This document shows, in pieces, positions 25,616 to 35,536 of a DNA stretch of 64,000 bases. The notes beneath the pieces are model-generated. The model saw only the letters and a list, made by a program, of their open reading frames with translations, did no database searches and was not told where the DNA came from. This stretch comes from an uncultured virus (IMG/VR IMGVR_UViG_3300036766_001722) (Duplodnaviria > Heunggongvirae > Uroviricota > Caudoviricetes). Positions within the stretch are counted from its first letter, which is position 1, and each line of letters begins with the position of its first letter. The translations under genes were made by a program, and so were the position numbers. The stretch is taken from IMG/VR virus record IMGVR_UViG_3300036766_001722; one strand, 5' to 3'.

Positions 25616-26055
25616 CGGCCGCGCTCATGCTCGTTCCCCAGTCCGACAGCCTCACGGAGATCCGCTCCCAGCTAGACGTCGCCTTCCGCGCCCTCCGCTC
25701 GGCCGGCTTCGTCGCGCGCCGCTCGTTCATGTGCTGCTCGGGCTGCGCGAACTCCGCCTTCTGCGGCGAACTGAGGAACCTCCCGGAGAAGGCCAGGGCG
25801 AAGATCAAGGGCATCGTCTTCTACCATCAGCAGGACGCCGAGGCCTTGTACAGCGCGCGGCGGCGGCGGTTCGCGTACCCGCGGCGCGACAGCTTGACGA
25901 TTCGCTTCGGCGCCACGCCCGAAACGGACAGCCCGGCGATGACCACGTTCGAGGTCGGCGTCGCCGTCCTGCTCGCGCTCCGCGATGCTGGCCTAAAGGC
26001 CACGTGGAGCGGCAAGACGAACGCGTGCATCGTCGTCCCGGTGCGAGAGGGATGA
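25612..26055 (+). CDS. DUF6891-like protein
   Basis: AFRALRSAGFVARRSFMCCSGC...GIVFYHQQD. Confidence 0.6.
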   Translation: MTAALMLVPQSDSLTEIRSQLDVAFRALRSAGFVARRSFMCCSGCANSAFCGELRNLPEKARAKIKGIVFYHQQDAEALYSARRRRFAYPRRDSLTIRFGATPETDSPAMTTFEVGVAVLLALRDAGLKATWSGKTNACIVVPVREG

Positions 26056-26245
26056 TGGCTCCGCGCTTCGCCGAAGGCAGCCGGGTGCGGGTCACACGCA
26101 TCACCTGCGCGCACTCCGCGTGCCTGCCGAGGACGACCGTCTACGTGAAGCGTGTCGAGTACCGGGGCCTCATCGAGAAGCCCGAGTGGTGGTACAAGCT
26201 CACGAACGGCATGTGGTACGCCGAGAGCGAGCTGTCGGAGGACGC

Positions 26246-26533
26246 ATGAGGCGCAGCCTGTCAAGCGAGAGGGACGAAATCGAGGAAGGCCTCACGGAGC
26301 GCGACGCCGAGCATCGCGAAGCCGCGAGCGAGGTCGCGAAAGACATCGCACGAGCATTCGGTGCCGACCCCGGCGCCGAACGGCCCGATCACTACGACGA
26401 GCGCACCAACTGGGACGACTGGCTCGACTCCCAGCTCGGCGCGTGGTTGACGATGGACGACTACTACGGGGCCGGTCTCGACGTCGAGGAACAGCCCGTC
26501 CCGATCTTCGGGTACGACGACGTGGACTGGTGA
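26246..26533 (+). CDS. Small acidic hypothetical protein
   Basis: GGAGG RBS; D/E/W-rich. Confidence 0.6.
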   Translation: MRRSLSSERDEIEEGLTERDAEHREAASEVAKDIARAFGADPGAERPDHYDERTNWDDWLDSQLGAWLTMDDYYGAGLDVEEQPVPIFGYDDVDW

Positions 26534-26536
26534 ATA

Positions 26537-26581
26537 ACCTGTCCGACAGGTACTTGACACGTCCCTAGAACTAGCTAAGCT
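26537..26581 (+). promoter_or_regulatory. Palindromic operator plus sigma70-like promoter
   Basis: ACCTGTCCGACAGGT (26537-26551), then TTGACA (26554)-16 nt-TAAGCT (26576). Confidence 0.75.
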
Positions 26582-26626
26582 GTGCTGACTGAACCGATGC
26601 CCTGACGAGGGGCCGGAAGGAAACCG

Positions 26627-27388
26627 ATGACGCAAGGAAAAGGAAAGTGCTCCGCGTGCGAGCAGCCCCTCCGCAATCAAAGGAGAGACGGTGCGCCACA
26701 TCATCCTCATGCGCACCGAGGAAGAGCTACGCCCGTGAAGGCGATCACCATCCGCGACGCCGTGAAGCTGATCGGCAGTAAGACCTCCGACTGGGAAGGC
26801 AAGTGCTTCGGCGTCGCCTCGGCGCTCGCCCCGCACCTCGGTGGCATCGCGGTCTACGGCCACTGGCTCGGGAAGATCAACCCCAAGGGCTACTGGAAGA
26901 CGCGCGCCGGGGCTCCCTTCGTGCAGCATGGGTGGGTCGTGCTCCCCGGTCCCGACGGGAAATACACGGAGAACACCGAGACGATCGTCGACCCAACGCG
27001 CTGGTCGTTCGAAGCGAAGAAGCCCTACCTCTGGCAAGGCAAGAACGACGGTGCGTACGACGAGGGAGGCAACGAGATGCGCATGCACCTCAGTGCGCAC
27101 GACGTGTCCAACGACAACTTCATCGAGCCGCTCGATGTCTCAAACGGGTGCCTGGAACACCTCGCGATGCTGCTCCGCGACGGCGACGTCGAGAGTGGCC
27201 TGATCTTGAAGTCGCAGGTCTTCACCATCGCGAACGCGGCGCCAAAGATCCTCGACTGGTTTTGGGTCGCGGAGATCTACGAAGCGCTCGACAAGGCCGG
27301 CTACCACGGGCTCATCCCAACCGATAACTGGCGGATGGTCGATCGGCGCCACGGTCTTCGGCGCCGCGACGCGAGGACCACGCCGTGA
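26627..27388 (+). CDS. Hypothetical protein with C..H..D pattern (possible papain/transglutaminase-like fold)
   Basis: GKCF, QHGWV, IVDPT in that order; start uncertain. Confidence 0.55.
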   Translation: MTQGKGKCSACEQPLRNQRRDGAPHHPHAHRGRATPVKAITIRDAVKLIGSKTSDWEGKCFGVASALAPHLGGIAVYGHWLGKINPKGYWKTRAGAPFVQHGWVVLPGPDGKYTENTETIVDPTRWSFEAKKPYLWQGKNDGAYDEGGNEMRMHLSAHDVSNDNFIEPLDVSNGCLEHLAMLLRDGDVESGLILKSQVFTIANAAPKILDWFWVAEIYEALDKAGYHGLIPTDNWRMVDRRHGLRRRDARTTP

Positions 27389-27584
27389 GCCGCCGCCCCG
27401 AACAGAAAAGCCACCAGGAACGACTCGAGGCGCTCGAAGTCTTCGCCGATGAGTTGACTGCCTGGTGCCGCAGACACGTACCCATCGATGACGCGCCAGT
27501 GCTTCCGCTCCACTTCCGCTGCTCGTGCGGCTACTTGCCGTGCGTCTGCGACTTCGAACACCGACACGCACGGGGGACCGACGA

Positions 27585-27962
27585 ATGAGCTACGCGAGGA
27601 TCGGCAAGGACAGCGACGTCTACGTGTACGGCGGCTCCGAACATTCCGTGCTCGTCTGCTGCGCGTGCCGTCTCCATCCGACGGGACTCGCCAGCGGCTA
27701 CGTGCACGAGAGCGTGTTCCCCGAAACCTGGGGCCAGGCGCTCGACCACTTCCTGCTGCACATCAAGGCCGGCCACCGCGTGCCCGACCGCGTGTTCAAG
27801 CGGCTCGTGCAGCAGGCGCAGCTCGAAACCGCCCGCGACGCGCCCACCGCCAAGAAAAAGGCGAAGGGCCCGGCGCTACCGCCGCCGACCAAGTACGTGC
27901 CCTGTCACAACGGGCCGTTCCCGGAGCAAGGCAAGAAACGCCGCTACAAGAGGAGTCGCTGA
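27585..27962 (+). CDS. Hypothetical protein (SDVYVY, CCAC, H..AGH.VP)
   Basis: ATGA overlap. Confidence 0.65.
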   Translation: MSYARIGKDSDVYVYGGSEHSVLVCCACRLHPTGLASGYVHESVFPETWGQALDHFLLHIKAGHRVPDRVFKRLVQQAQLETARDAPTAKKKAKGPALPPPTKYVPCHNGPFPEQGKKRRYKRSR

Positions 27963-28429
27963 TGGGCGAGCCCAAGACGATCAAGACCACCGAACCGACC
28001 GCCACGAAGCTGCGCGTAGTCCGCGAGTGGGACCGCGAGCCCGTCCCGATGGAGCTGTGGGGGAAAGACCATCTCTCGACCCTGCTCTACATCGAGAGCC
28101 GCTGCGTCGACGGTGGCGGCAGGCCGATGCTCGCACGGATGCGGCACTGGCCAGGCCGGCCACTCCGCGGCTGGGACGGGAGCGGACCCGAAGGCGGTGG
28201 CATGCCGTGCATGCCCACGGCGTGCCCGACGCGCCTAAAGGACGGCTCCGATCTGTCGAACCACGACGACTGGGACTGCGTCGACGACATGGAGGCCGAG
28301 GGCCTGCTCGAAACGCTCGGCACCGGCCTTCAGCCCATCATCAAGCTCACCGACTACGGATGGCTCGTCGCGAGCGCGCTGCGCCGCCACCGTGCCGAGA
28401 AGTGGAGCCCCGACGGCCCGGGCCCGTGA
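27962..28429 (+). CDS. Phage-type hypothetical protein
   Basis: WGKDHLSTLLYIE...HDDWDCVDDMEAEGLL; TGATG coupling with GAGGAG. Confidence 0.7.
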   Translation: MGEPKTIKTTEPTATKLRVVREWDREPVPMELWGKDHLSTLLYIESRCVDGGGRPMLARMRHWPGRPLRGWDGSGPEGGGMPCMPTACPTRLKDGSDLSNHDDWDCVDDMEAEGLLETLGTGLQPIIKLTDYGWLVASALRRHRAEKWSPDGPGP

Positions 28430-28457
28430 GGACGTTCGTCATCCCGCAGAGGCCGAA

Positions 28458-28805
28458 GTGACGACCACGAAGCCACGCCAGTACACCGTCGAGGAACAGC
28501 GCAATATGTTCCTCAACCACCTTCGCAGCCTCGTCCACTACTGCGAGCACGAGACACGCAGCAAGACCTCGAAGGAGAAGCTCGACATGCTCGCCTTCTC
28601 GTTCCTCACGATGATCGACGGCGTCAGCAGCGAGATGCCAGGGTTCGACCTCGTGCCGCGCACCGACGCATCGGACCCCGAGTGCCACCGTGACCACGGC
28701 GAGAACTGGTGGCCATCGAACGCGCACCTCGACGACATCGACGGCTACGAGCCCATCAACGGAGGCGAACACTTCCACGACCTTTTCTTCGCGAAGAAGG
28801 ACTGA
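28458..28805 (+). CDS. Hypothetical protein
   Basis: GTG start; LAFSFLTMIDG...PGFDLVP. Confidence 0.65.
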   Translation: MTTTKPRQYTVEEQRNMFLNHLRSLVHYCEHETRSKTSKEKLDMLAFSFLTMIDGVSSEMPGFDLVPRTDASDPECHRDHGENWWPSNAHLDDIDGYEPINGGEHFHDLFFAKKD

Positions 28806-28814
28806 GGGAGTCAG

Positions 28815-29081
28815 ATGGCCAAGCGCAAGAGAACCGAAGAAGAGCAGCAGGTGTTCGACGCGATCGACGAAGCGAAGGCAAAGCGGCGCGAGCTACTGGA
28901 AGCCAAGGCGATGGCGCTGCTCGCCATCGAGAACATCGACCTGAATGCGGACAGCACCGTCATCCTCGTGCGCACCCGCAACTACCTCGCGAGCATCATG
29001 CTCCTCCGCGACTGCGAGGGGGTCATCGCCTCGCGCGAGGCCGAGTACAAGAGGCTTCGAACGAACGGAGCGCAGTCGTGA
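28815..29081 (+). CDS. Small helical hypothetical protein
   Basis: GGGAG RBS. Confidence 0.65.
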   Translation: MAKRKRTEEEQQVFDAIDEAKAKRRELLEAKAMALLAIENIDLNADSTVILVRTRNYLASIMLLRDCEGVIASREAEYKRLRTNGAQS

Positions 29082-29437
29082 AGGACATCATGTCGGCCTA
29101 CGAGATCGTCGAGGCGAACGGCCACACGTGGCGCGAGAACCGCCTCGCTCTCCCGCACAACATCCCGCTCAAGGCGCTCGTGGAGGTCGAGATCGAGAAG
29201 CTCTTTGCGAACAACACCTCCCTCAAGGGCGTCGTCCAGATGTACGTGATCTGGCACGGTCGCGACTGCGACGGCTCGCCGCTCTACTGGCTCGGCACGG
29301 ACCCCGCTGGTGCCGACCGGTGGCCGCCCGATGGCAGCACGTTCACCTCCATCATGCTCTACCGATCCGAGTACGGGGTCGATGGCGGTTACAACGAAGA
29401 GCAGCTCCATGTCGTGGCCGAAGGGGGACCGCCTTGA
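29078..29437 (+). CDS. Hypothetical protein (HNIP..HGRDCDGSPLY)
   Basis: GTGA overlap. Confidence 0.65.
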   Translation: MKDIMSAYEIVEANGHTWRENRLALPHNIPLKALVEVEIEKLFANNTSLKGVVQMYVIWHGRDCDGSPLYWLGTDPAGADRWPPDGSTFTSIMLYRSEYGVDGGYNEEQLHVVAEGGPP

Positions 29438-29761
29438 CCCACTTCCTGCTCGACAAAGAGAGTGGACCCTCGATGCCGACCACGCGTCTCATCGCCGGAG
29501 CGACCGTGCGCTATCAGAAGCGTGGACGCGATCGGCTGCTCATCGTCTGCACGCCCGACGACGTGGAACATCCGATCGCTGCCATGAGGATGGGCTCGCA
29601 GATGGCACCGGTGCCGGACTCCGTGAAGATCATCGATCCCACGACGAAGAAGCCGATCAGGCCGTCGCACCGCTTCTGGGTCACGCTCGAAACGCTCGAC
29701 CCCTTCCACATGGTGATCGACACGGAGTGGCCATGACCAACGAACCGACCAGGGAGCGCTG

Positions 29762-30946
29762 ATGACCGACGAGACCACGAAGACGAACTCCGGCCTGAGC
29801 GCCACCATCGAGGCACTCTCGATCTGCATCCAGGCCCACGTCCCCGCGATGCTCTGGGGGCAGTCAGGCGCCGGGAAGACGAAGACGGTCGCGGCAATCG
29901 CGAACGCCCTCCTGTTCCAGATGTGGACGATCATCCTCTCGGTGCGAGAGCCGACCGACCAGGGAGGCTACCCGCTCGTCAACCGCGAGGAGCGCGTCGT
30001 CGATCTCGTGCCCACACGCTGGGCCAAGGAGCTGACAAAAGCCGGGCAAGGCGTCGTGTTCTGGGACGAGCTGAATACGGCGACGACGCCGGTGCAGGCA
30101 AGCGCCCTCCGTGTCGTCGACGAGGGATACGCCGGAGACAGCAAGCTCCCCGAGACGACCTCGCACGTTGCGGCCTGCATGCCGCACGAGCCCGGCAGCG
30201 GTACGAACCCCTTGATCGGCGCCATGGCGAACCGGTGGTGCCACTTCACGTGGAACCCGTCGCCCGAGGAGCGCATCACCGCGCGACGGGCAGGCTACCC
30301 GGCGCCGGTGCTGCCCAAGATCGATCACGAGCTGATCGACGAAGGCATGGACGACGCCAATTTGATCGTCAGCCTCTTCCACGAGAAGCGCCCGCAGCTC
30401 ATCCACTCGCGTCCCGGCGACGTGGCGGCCCGCGGCAAGGCGTGGCCGAGCGATCGTACGTGGACGATGGCGGCGCGGCTCATCTCCGCGGCCCGCGTAG
30501 CCGGCCACGACCACAAGTCGCCGGTGATGCGCATGCTCGTCGAGGGCGCGGTCGGCGAAGGCGCGAGCCGTGAGTTCTTCTCATGGATGATCAACATGAA
30601 CCTCCGCAACCCGGAGGAGTACCTCGCCAACCCGACACTGCCACTCCCGGAGCGCCAGGATCAGATCTTGGTGACCCTCTCCGCCATCGCCGCTGCCGCG
30701 GTGCGCACCGGCCCTGGAAACGGCGACGAGGCGCGCACACGGCGCCAGTACGCGGCATTCAAGGTGATCGGTCGCGTGTGCCGGGAGCTGAAGAAGGCCG
30801 ATCTCTGCGCGCCCGCGGCACGAGTAATCTTCAGCGGCATGACATCGCAGTTCGCCTCGAACCTCCCTTCCGACGATATCGGGCCGCTCGCTCAGATGCT
30901 CCGCGGCGCAGGGAAGACCGTCCGCCGGTCGCGGGACGTCTCGTGA
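29762..30946 (+). CDS. MoxR-like AAA+ ATPase
   Basis: Walker A GQSGAGKT, Walker B VVFWDE, AMANRW arginine finger, WPSDRTW; followed by a VWA partner. Confidence 0.85.
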   Translation: MTDETTKTNSGLSATIEALSICIQAHVPAMLWGQSGAGKTKTVAAIANALLFQMWTIILSVREPTDQGGYPLVNREERVVDLVPTRWAKELTKAGQGVVFWDELNTATTPVQASALRVVDEGYAGDSKLPETTSHVAACMPHEPGSGTNPLIGAMANRWCHFTWNPSPEERITARRAGYPAPVLPKIDHELIDEGMDDANLIVSLFHEKRPQLIHSRPGDVAARGKAWPSDRTWTMAARLISAARVAGHDHKSPVMRMLVEGAVGEGASREFFSWMINMNLRNPEEYLANPTLPLPERQDQILVTLSAIAAAAVRTGPGNGDEARTRRQYAAFKVIGRVCRELKKADLCAPAARVIFSGMTSQFASNLPSDDIGPLAQMLRGAGKTVRRSRDVS

Positions 30947-32232
30947 CCGATGCGGCGCCCTCATTGCTCACGCTGAGCGTCACCGACAAGCTGTACGCGG
31001 CGCGCTTCGCGCTGTCCGAGTGGCGCCCGTACTTCTCGCACGCGATCTTCGGCCTCATTCTCGTCGAGAAGAAGCACCCGGGGCTCCGCACGCTCGCCGC
31101 CGACAAGTGGTGGCGCCTGTACTACAACAGCGCGTGGGTTGAGTCGCGATCGGTTCCCGATCTCGTCGTGGCCCTCTACGCCGCCATGTCGAGCCTCTTG
31201 CGCGAACAGTTCGAACAGGCCATCGCCTACGGCGTGACCCGCGAGACGGAAGCGGTAGCCCGCGTCGCGTTCAGCGCGGAGATCGACGACGATCTCCGAG
31301 ACGACATCTCCGAAGACGTGAAGAAGCTCGCTGTGCAGCTCCACACCGAGGCCACGCTGCTCGACGAAATCGTGTACCCAGCGGACTTCGACTGCGAGGA
31401 AGGCGCTCTCTGGATGCACTACTACGAGCACCTGTTGACCTTGCCCTCGCTTCCGGGTCACTCCCTCGACGCCGGGAGCGGAAGCACGGGGCTTACCCAA
31501 CCGTGGGAGCACGGTAGCCCCCTCGACAGCCAGTTCGAAGGTCTCGAAGACGGTGACCGGCGAGACATCCAGCGACTCGTCGCCGAGGCTGTTGTGCACC
31601 ATCAAAACCTGTGCGGCGATGTGCCTGGCAACTGGTCGGTGTGGGCGGACAAGGTGCTGCGTCCGGCGCCGATTCCGTGGGACCAGCAGCTCGACGCTGC
31701 CATGCGCGCGGCCTGCGACACGCAATGGGGCCGCGTCCTGCCCGTCTACAAGAAGCCGGGTCGTCGCAGCGAAGCGCTTCCGGAGTTCATCGTGCCTGGC
31801 TACGTGAAGCCGCGGCCTCTCATCGTCTTCGTCGGAGACACGTCCGGCTCGATGGGAGATCACCTCACTCTTCTTCGTGGTGTCGTCGAAGGCCTGGCGC
31901 GCGCAATGGATGCTCGCATTGCGTTCATCTCGACCGACGCCGTCGTTCATGGAGACCCGCAGTACATCGATGTAGACAACGACGTCCCCATCGAGATGCG
32001 CGGCCTCGGCGGCACCGACATGGGCGTCGGTATCGAGTGGGCCCTCTCCCACGTGAGCCCGACGCCGAACGTCATCGTGGTCGGCACGGACGGCGCGACG
32101 CCGTGGCCGATGTACGATGTGGGCGTGCTCGTCATCGCTGCGATCATCGACAACAAGGAGGCCGATGACCCGCCGGGATGGATCGTGCGCATCGACGTCA
32201 AGCCAATGAAGAAGCACCTCACGGAGAACTGA
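30943..32232 (+). CDS. DUF2201-type protein: degenerate metallopeptidase-like N-domain plus VWA domain
   Basis: TLAADKWWRLYYN; MIDAS motifs DTSGSM, GGTDM, TDG. Confidence 0.8.
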   Translation: MTDAAPSLLTLSVTDKLYAARFALSEWRPYFSHAIFGLILVEKKHPGLRTLAADKWWRLYYNSAWVESRSVPDLVVALYAAMSSLLREQFEQAIAYGVTRETEAVARVAFSAEIDDDLRDDISEDVKKLAVQLHTEATLLDEIVYPADFDCEEGALWMHYYEHLLTLPSLPGHSLDAGSGSTGLTQPWEHGSPLDSQFEGLEDGDRRDIQRLVAEAVVHHQNLCGDVPGNWSVWADKVLRPAPIPWDQQLDAAMRAACDTQWGRVLPVYKKPGRRSEALPEFIVPGYVKPRPLIVFVGDTSGSMGDHLTLLRGVVEGLARAMDARIAFISTDAVVHGDPQYIDVDNDVPIEMRGLGGTDMGVGIEWALSHVSPTPNVIVVGTDGATPWPMYDVGVLVIAAIIDNKEADDPPGWIVRIDVKPMKKHLTEN

Positions 32233-32233
32233 C

Positions 32234-32575
32234 ATGAGCCGCTCCGCCGAAGAGGCTCTTGCACGAGCTATCAGCAGTGTCGAAAGCGAACTGATCGTAG
32301 ACAACGAACTGCTGTGCAAGCCGCGGCGGCTCGACACCGGGGCTCTCCTGTTCGTGTCGTTCAATCTGCTGCGCAGACCGCGATGGATCGACGGCCGGCT
32401 CGTCGTGCTGGTCCCACGTCGAACCCGCCACATCTATGTCGAGGCGCGAGTGAAGGGCGTGACGCGGTTGAAGGGTGTGGCTGGCAAGCTAGTTGAAGTA
32501 GACGTGTTTGGCCACACTTTCTGGCTCCACTTCTCTTCCACCCGCGTCCACAGAGACAGTCTGTACGCCACATGA
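32234..32575 (+). CDS. Hypothetical protein
   Basis: 113 aa, coupled. Confidence 0.55.
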   Translation: MSRSAEEALARAISSVESELIVDNELLCKPRRLDTGALLFVSFNLLRRPRWIDGRLVVLVPRRTRHIYVEARVKGVTRLKGVAGKLVEVDVFGHTFWLHFSSTRVHRDSLYAT

Positions 32576-33000
32576 CCCACCCGATCGCCACTTACGAACT
32601 CGACGAGGAGCAGCTCCTCGCTGCCACGATCACGGAGATCGGCGAGGCGCGTCTCCACCTCGGAGACGCCGAGCAGTGCCTCTACAGCAAACTCTCCGCT
32701 GACGACGCCCGCGACGCCGCGGCGCGCATCGTGCGCGCCATCGATTGCGCACGCGTCGCCCGTGCGCGTGTCGATGCTGACGAGCTTCCGCTCTTCGTGA
32801 CGCAGCCCACGGCCAGTCTACTGCAGCGTTGCATCGCCGCTTGCGACGTCGCGCTCGCACACGTGAAGCTCCTCGAGAACGTCATCGACGACGAGAACGC
32901 GCTTCCCCAGGTGCTGAGTCACGCGAAGAAGGCCATAGACGCCGCGCGAGGCGAGATGCACAAGGTGCTCGCGGCCCTGCTCGCGGCCACGAAGGCCTGA
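32572..33000 (+). CDS. Helical hypothetical protein
   Basis: 142 aa, ATGA overlap. Confidence 0.6.
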   Translation: MTHPIATYELDEEQLLAATITEIGEARLHLGDAEQCLYSKLSADDARDAAARIVRAIDCARVARARVDADELPLFVTQPTASLLQRCIAACDVALAHVKLLENVIDDENALPQVLSHAKKAIDAARGEMHKVLAALLAATKA

Positions 33001-33005
33001 CGATC

Positions 33006-33365
33006 ATGGCCCGCGATCCTAAGCCGGGCAGCAACGACGAGATCCATAACGACGACTGGCAACCGCCGCGGCCTCCGCCGACACAAGAAGAGCTGATCCG
33101 AACCGAAGGTCGGTGGCTATGGTTCGCGTGCTACGCGCTGCTCGTGCACAGCGGCATCCTCGAACGCGGCGGCAAGCCGAGACGCGAGATCCCGAACACG
33201 CCCGGGCAGCTCCTCGCGTACGCTGACGAACTGGTCGCGTTCTGCGAGAAGACAAAGCGCCTCGGCAGCGGTCAAGCCACGCTCGACGCCGAAGCGATTC
33301 GACGACGGTCTTCCACGCTGCGTTGGCTCATGAACGAGAGCCAGGCGGACGACACGCCCTACTAG
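33006..33365 (+). CDS. Hypothetical protein
   Basis: ATG at 33006 (MARDPKP...). Confidence 0.6.
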   Translation: MARDPKPGSNDEIHNDDWQPPRPPPTQEELIRTEGRWLWFACYALLVHSGILERGGKPRREIPNTPGQLLAYADELVAFCEKTKRLGSGQATLDAEAIRRRSSTLRWLMNESQADDTPY

Positions 33366-33844
33366 GGCCACTCGCTCGTGAGGATCAGCTTGCGCACATC
33401 GCGGTCTTCGTAGAGGACCGAGTTCTCCTGGTTGGCATCCGCCTCGTACTGAGCCTGCTTCTCGGCGTAACGCTCGATGTCGCGCTCGTCCGGCTCGCCG
33501 GTCTCCTCGTCGATGTCGATGCCGGCCGCGGCGGGGTCGTCCGTTGCCTCCTGCATCGCGTCCCTGTAGCGCTCCTTCGCGAGCGACTCGATCCACTTGT
33601 CGAACTCGTGCTTGTCCGACACGCCACCCGCGTCATCCACGACCAGCTCGAACCGACCGTTCTCGTCCCACCAGTCTTCGACGATCTTCGAAGCCGTCGC
33701 CCACGTCATCCCGATGTCTTCGTCGGGCTCCGACGCGCCGTAGTACAGGTTGTGAAGCGCCGCCTCGCGCGCCTCCTGCACGTCCTTCGGCATCATCTCG
33801 AAGATGTAATTCTCGACGGCCTTGTCGTTGGTTTTTCTGGACAT
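33362..33844 (-). CDS. Strongly acidic protein (possible DNA mimic), lone reverse gene
   Basis: MSRKTND...; D/E-rich; convergent with 33006-33365. Confidence 0.65.
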   Translation of the reverse strand: MSRKTNDKAVENYIFEMMPKDVQEAREAALHNLYYGASEPDEDIGMTWATASKIVEDWWDENGRFELVVDDAGGVSDKHEFDKWIESLAKERYRDAMQEATDDPAAAGIDIDEETGEPDERDIERYAEKQAQYEADANQENSVLYEDRDVRKLILTSEWP

Positions 33845-33984
33845 GCCGCCGAGCATACCACGCAGACCTCGAAACCGAATTCGTTACGAAGCGCCGCGGA
33901 CCGATTCGGCAAGGACTACACTGTAGTGCGCACCAAACCTCTGCGCCACGGTAATGCTCTTCGCGTGTCAGTCGAGATTCTTCC

Positions 33985-34013
33985 TTGACGTCTGCGGGTG
34001 CCTGAGGTTATCT
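33985..34013 (+). promoter_or_regulatory. Putative sigma70-like promoter of the replication operon
   Basis: TTGACG-17 nt-TTATCT, 25 nt upstream of the HTH gene. Confidence 0.5.
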
Positions 34014-34038
34014 CGACGGACTTTCTGGGCGCCACTGA

Positions 34039-34257
34039 ATGACCGCTCCGCTAACTATCGGGAAGCGGGGCTTGCTCTCGACCACCGAGGTCGCGGCCAA
34101 GCTCTGCGTTCACCGATCCACCGTCTGGGGATGGGTGCGCTCGGGCGCTCTCCGGGCTCGACGGCTGGGGCGCAAGCGGAACTTCTACGGCATCCGTCGA
34201 GACGACATGGAGAGGTTCGCGCAGCTCTGGCTACGCGCCAAGGAGACGCATGACTGA
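34039..34257 (+). CDS. Excisionase-like helix-turn-helix protein (HTH_17 type)
   Basis: LLSTTEVAAKLCVHRSTVWGWVRSGALRARRLG. Confidence 0.8.
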   Translation: MTAPLTIGKRGLLSTTEVAAKLCVHRSTVWGWVRSGALRARRLGRKRNFYGIRRDDMERFAQLWLRAKETHD

Positions 34258-35536
34258 CCAAGTGATCGACACGCACGGCGAGACCGTAACCACCGACGGA
34301 CTTCCGAAGGAAGCGATGCCGCTCGTCACGCGAGACGACAGCATCGACTACGCATTCCTCCGCGATCGCGGCTTCATCACGCCGATCGCGGCGCCCACGC
34401 AGATCCGTCAGGCCTTCGCCTACCTGCAGAAGGTCTACGCGAGCGTGCTCGACGACCGCGACTACCTCTACACCGTCAGTTACTCGGACGGCAGCAAAAC
34501 GAAAGAGAAGACGCTCCACACGCTCGAAGACGCGAAGCTGTGGGCCGAGAAGTACAAGACGCAGTTCAAGGCGTCGCCCAAGAAGAGCGGCGTCACGAAG
34601 CTCGCGATGGCGTTCGGCGTCGAAGCCCAGCGCGTGAAGGTCAAGGGTCTGCCCGAGACGGCAGACGCGCACTACTCGTACGTGGTCTACGAGGCGACGC
34701 ACAGGCAGACCGGGCGCAAGGCCGAGGGCATCGGCTGGTCCGACATGAGCGAGCACAACGGCTACATGACCCGGCACAACTGCGTCGCCACCGCGGACAC
34801 GCGCGCGTTCAACCGCGCGATCCTTCGTCTGCTCGGCTTCGGCGAGGTCTCGGCAGAAGAGATCATCAGCGCCGACCCGAGCGAGGCGCCGGATGTGGAC
34901 ATCCCGGACGACGCGGTTCCGCCGAAGGAGCCGTCCAATCTCCCGCCCACGACGTCGACTGACGTAATGGAGGCGGCGCGTGCATGGGCCGAGGCCGTCG
35001 CGGCCCGCCCGATGCAGGACCGTCTCCTTCCGCGTGCACAGCAGGACGATGGTGTCGCGCGTGGCCTCCGCGGTCAGGCCCGTGTCGGCGATACCGAGGC
35101 TGCCCAGAAGCTCGGCGCGGCCGGCTACGACTGGACGGGGCCCGCGCAGATCGGCGAGCGCTCATTCCACGTCGGTGCGTCGCCCGTCGATCCGCGCACG
35201 ATCCGCAAGCCCGAGACGAAGCCGGCTGACCCGAAACCGCAGACAGCGCCGGTCGAGCAGCGCACGGAAGCGCCTCCGGCGTCGCCTCTCGCGGCCAACG
35301 GCGGTGACATCGCACCCGGCCCCGCGACCGACCAGTCGCGCAACGACGTGACGAACGCACAGATCATGGAACTCAGCTCGAAACTGCTCGCCAAGTTCGC
35401 TGACATCGCCGACAAGGACAAGAAGAAGGAGGCCGCTCAGGCCTGGCTGATGAAGACCGTCGGAGTGGACAGCACCAAGAAGCTCACCCTCAAGACCTAC
35501 AGCGAGGCGATGCTCGCGCTGAAGGAGACGAAGTAA
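34250..35536 (+). CDS. Putative single-strand annealing/recombination protein
   Basis: ATADTRAFNRAILRLLGFGEVSAEE motif, Pro-rich linker; sits before SSB-like and helicase genes. Confidence 0.55.
   Translation: MTDQVIDTHGETVTTDGLPKEAMPLVTRDDSIDYAFLRDRGFITPIAAPTQIRQAFAYLQKVYASVLDDRDYLYTVSYSDGSKTKEKTLHTLEDAKLWAEKYKTQFKASPKKSGVTKLAMAFGVEAQRVKVKGLPETADAHYSYVVYEATHRQTGRKAEGIGWSDMSEHNGYMTRHNCVATADTRAFNRAILRLLGFGEVSAEEIISADPSEAPDVDIPDDAVPPKEPSNLPPTTSTDVMEAARAWAEAVAARPMQDRLLPRAQQDDGVARGLRGQARVGDTEAAQKLGAAGYDWTGPAQIGERSFHVGASPVDPRTIRKPETKPADPKPQTAPVEQRTEAPPASPLAANGGDIAPGPATDQSRNDVTNAQIMELSSKLLAKFADIADKDKKKEAAQAWLMKTVGVDSTKKLTLKTYSEAMLALKETK

Noticed and set aside
26596..26630. Hammerhead-like CTGACGA...GAAAC (also CTGATGA near 22775)
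   Set aside because: Stems II and III cannot be formed; the first is a simple hairpin plus RBS.
34039..34257. Integration/excision module
   Set aside because: Excisionase-like HTH only; no integrase or att site found.
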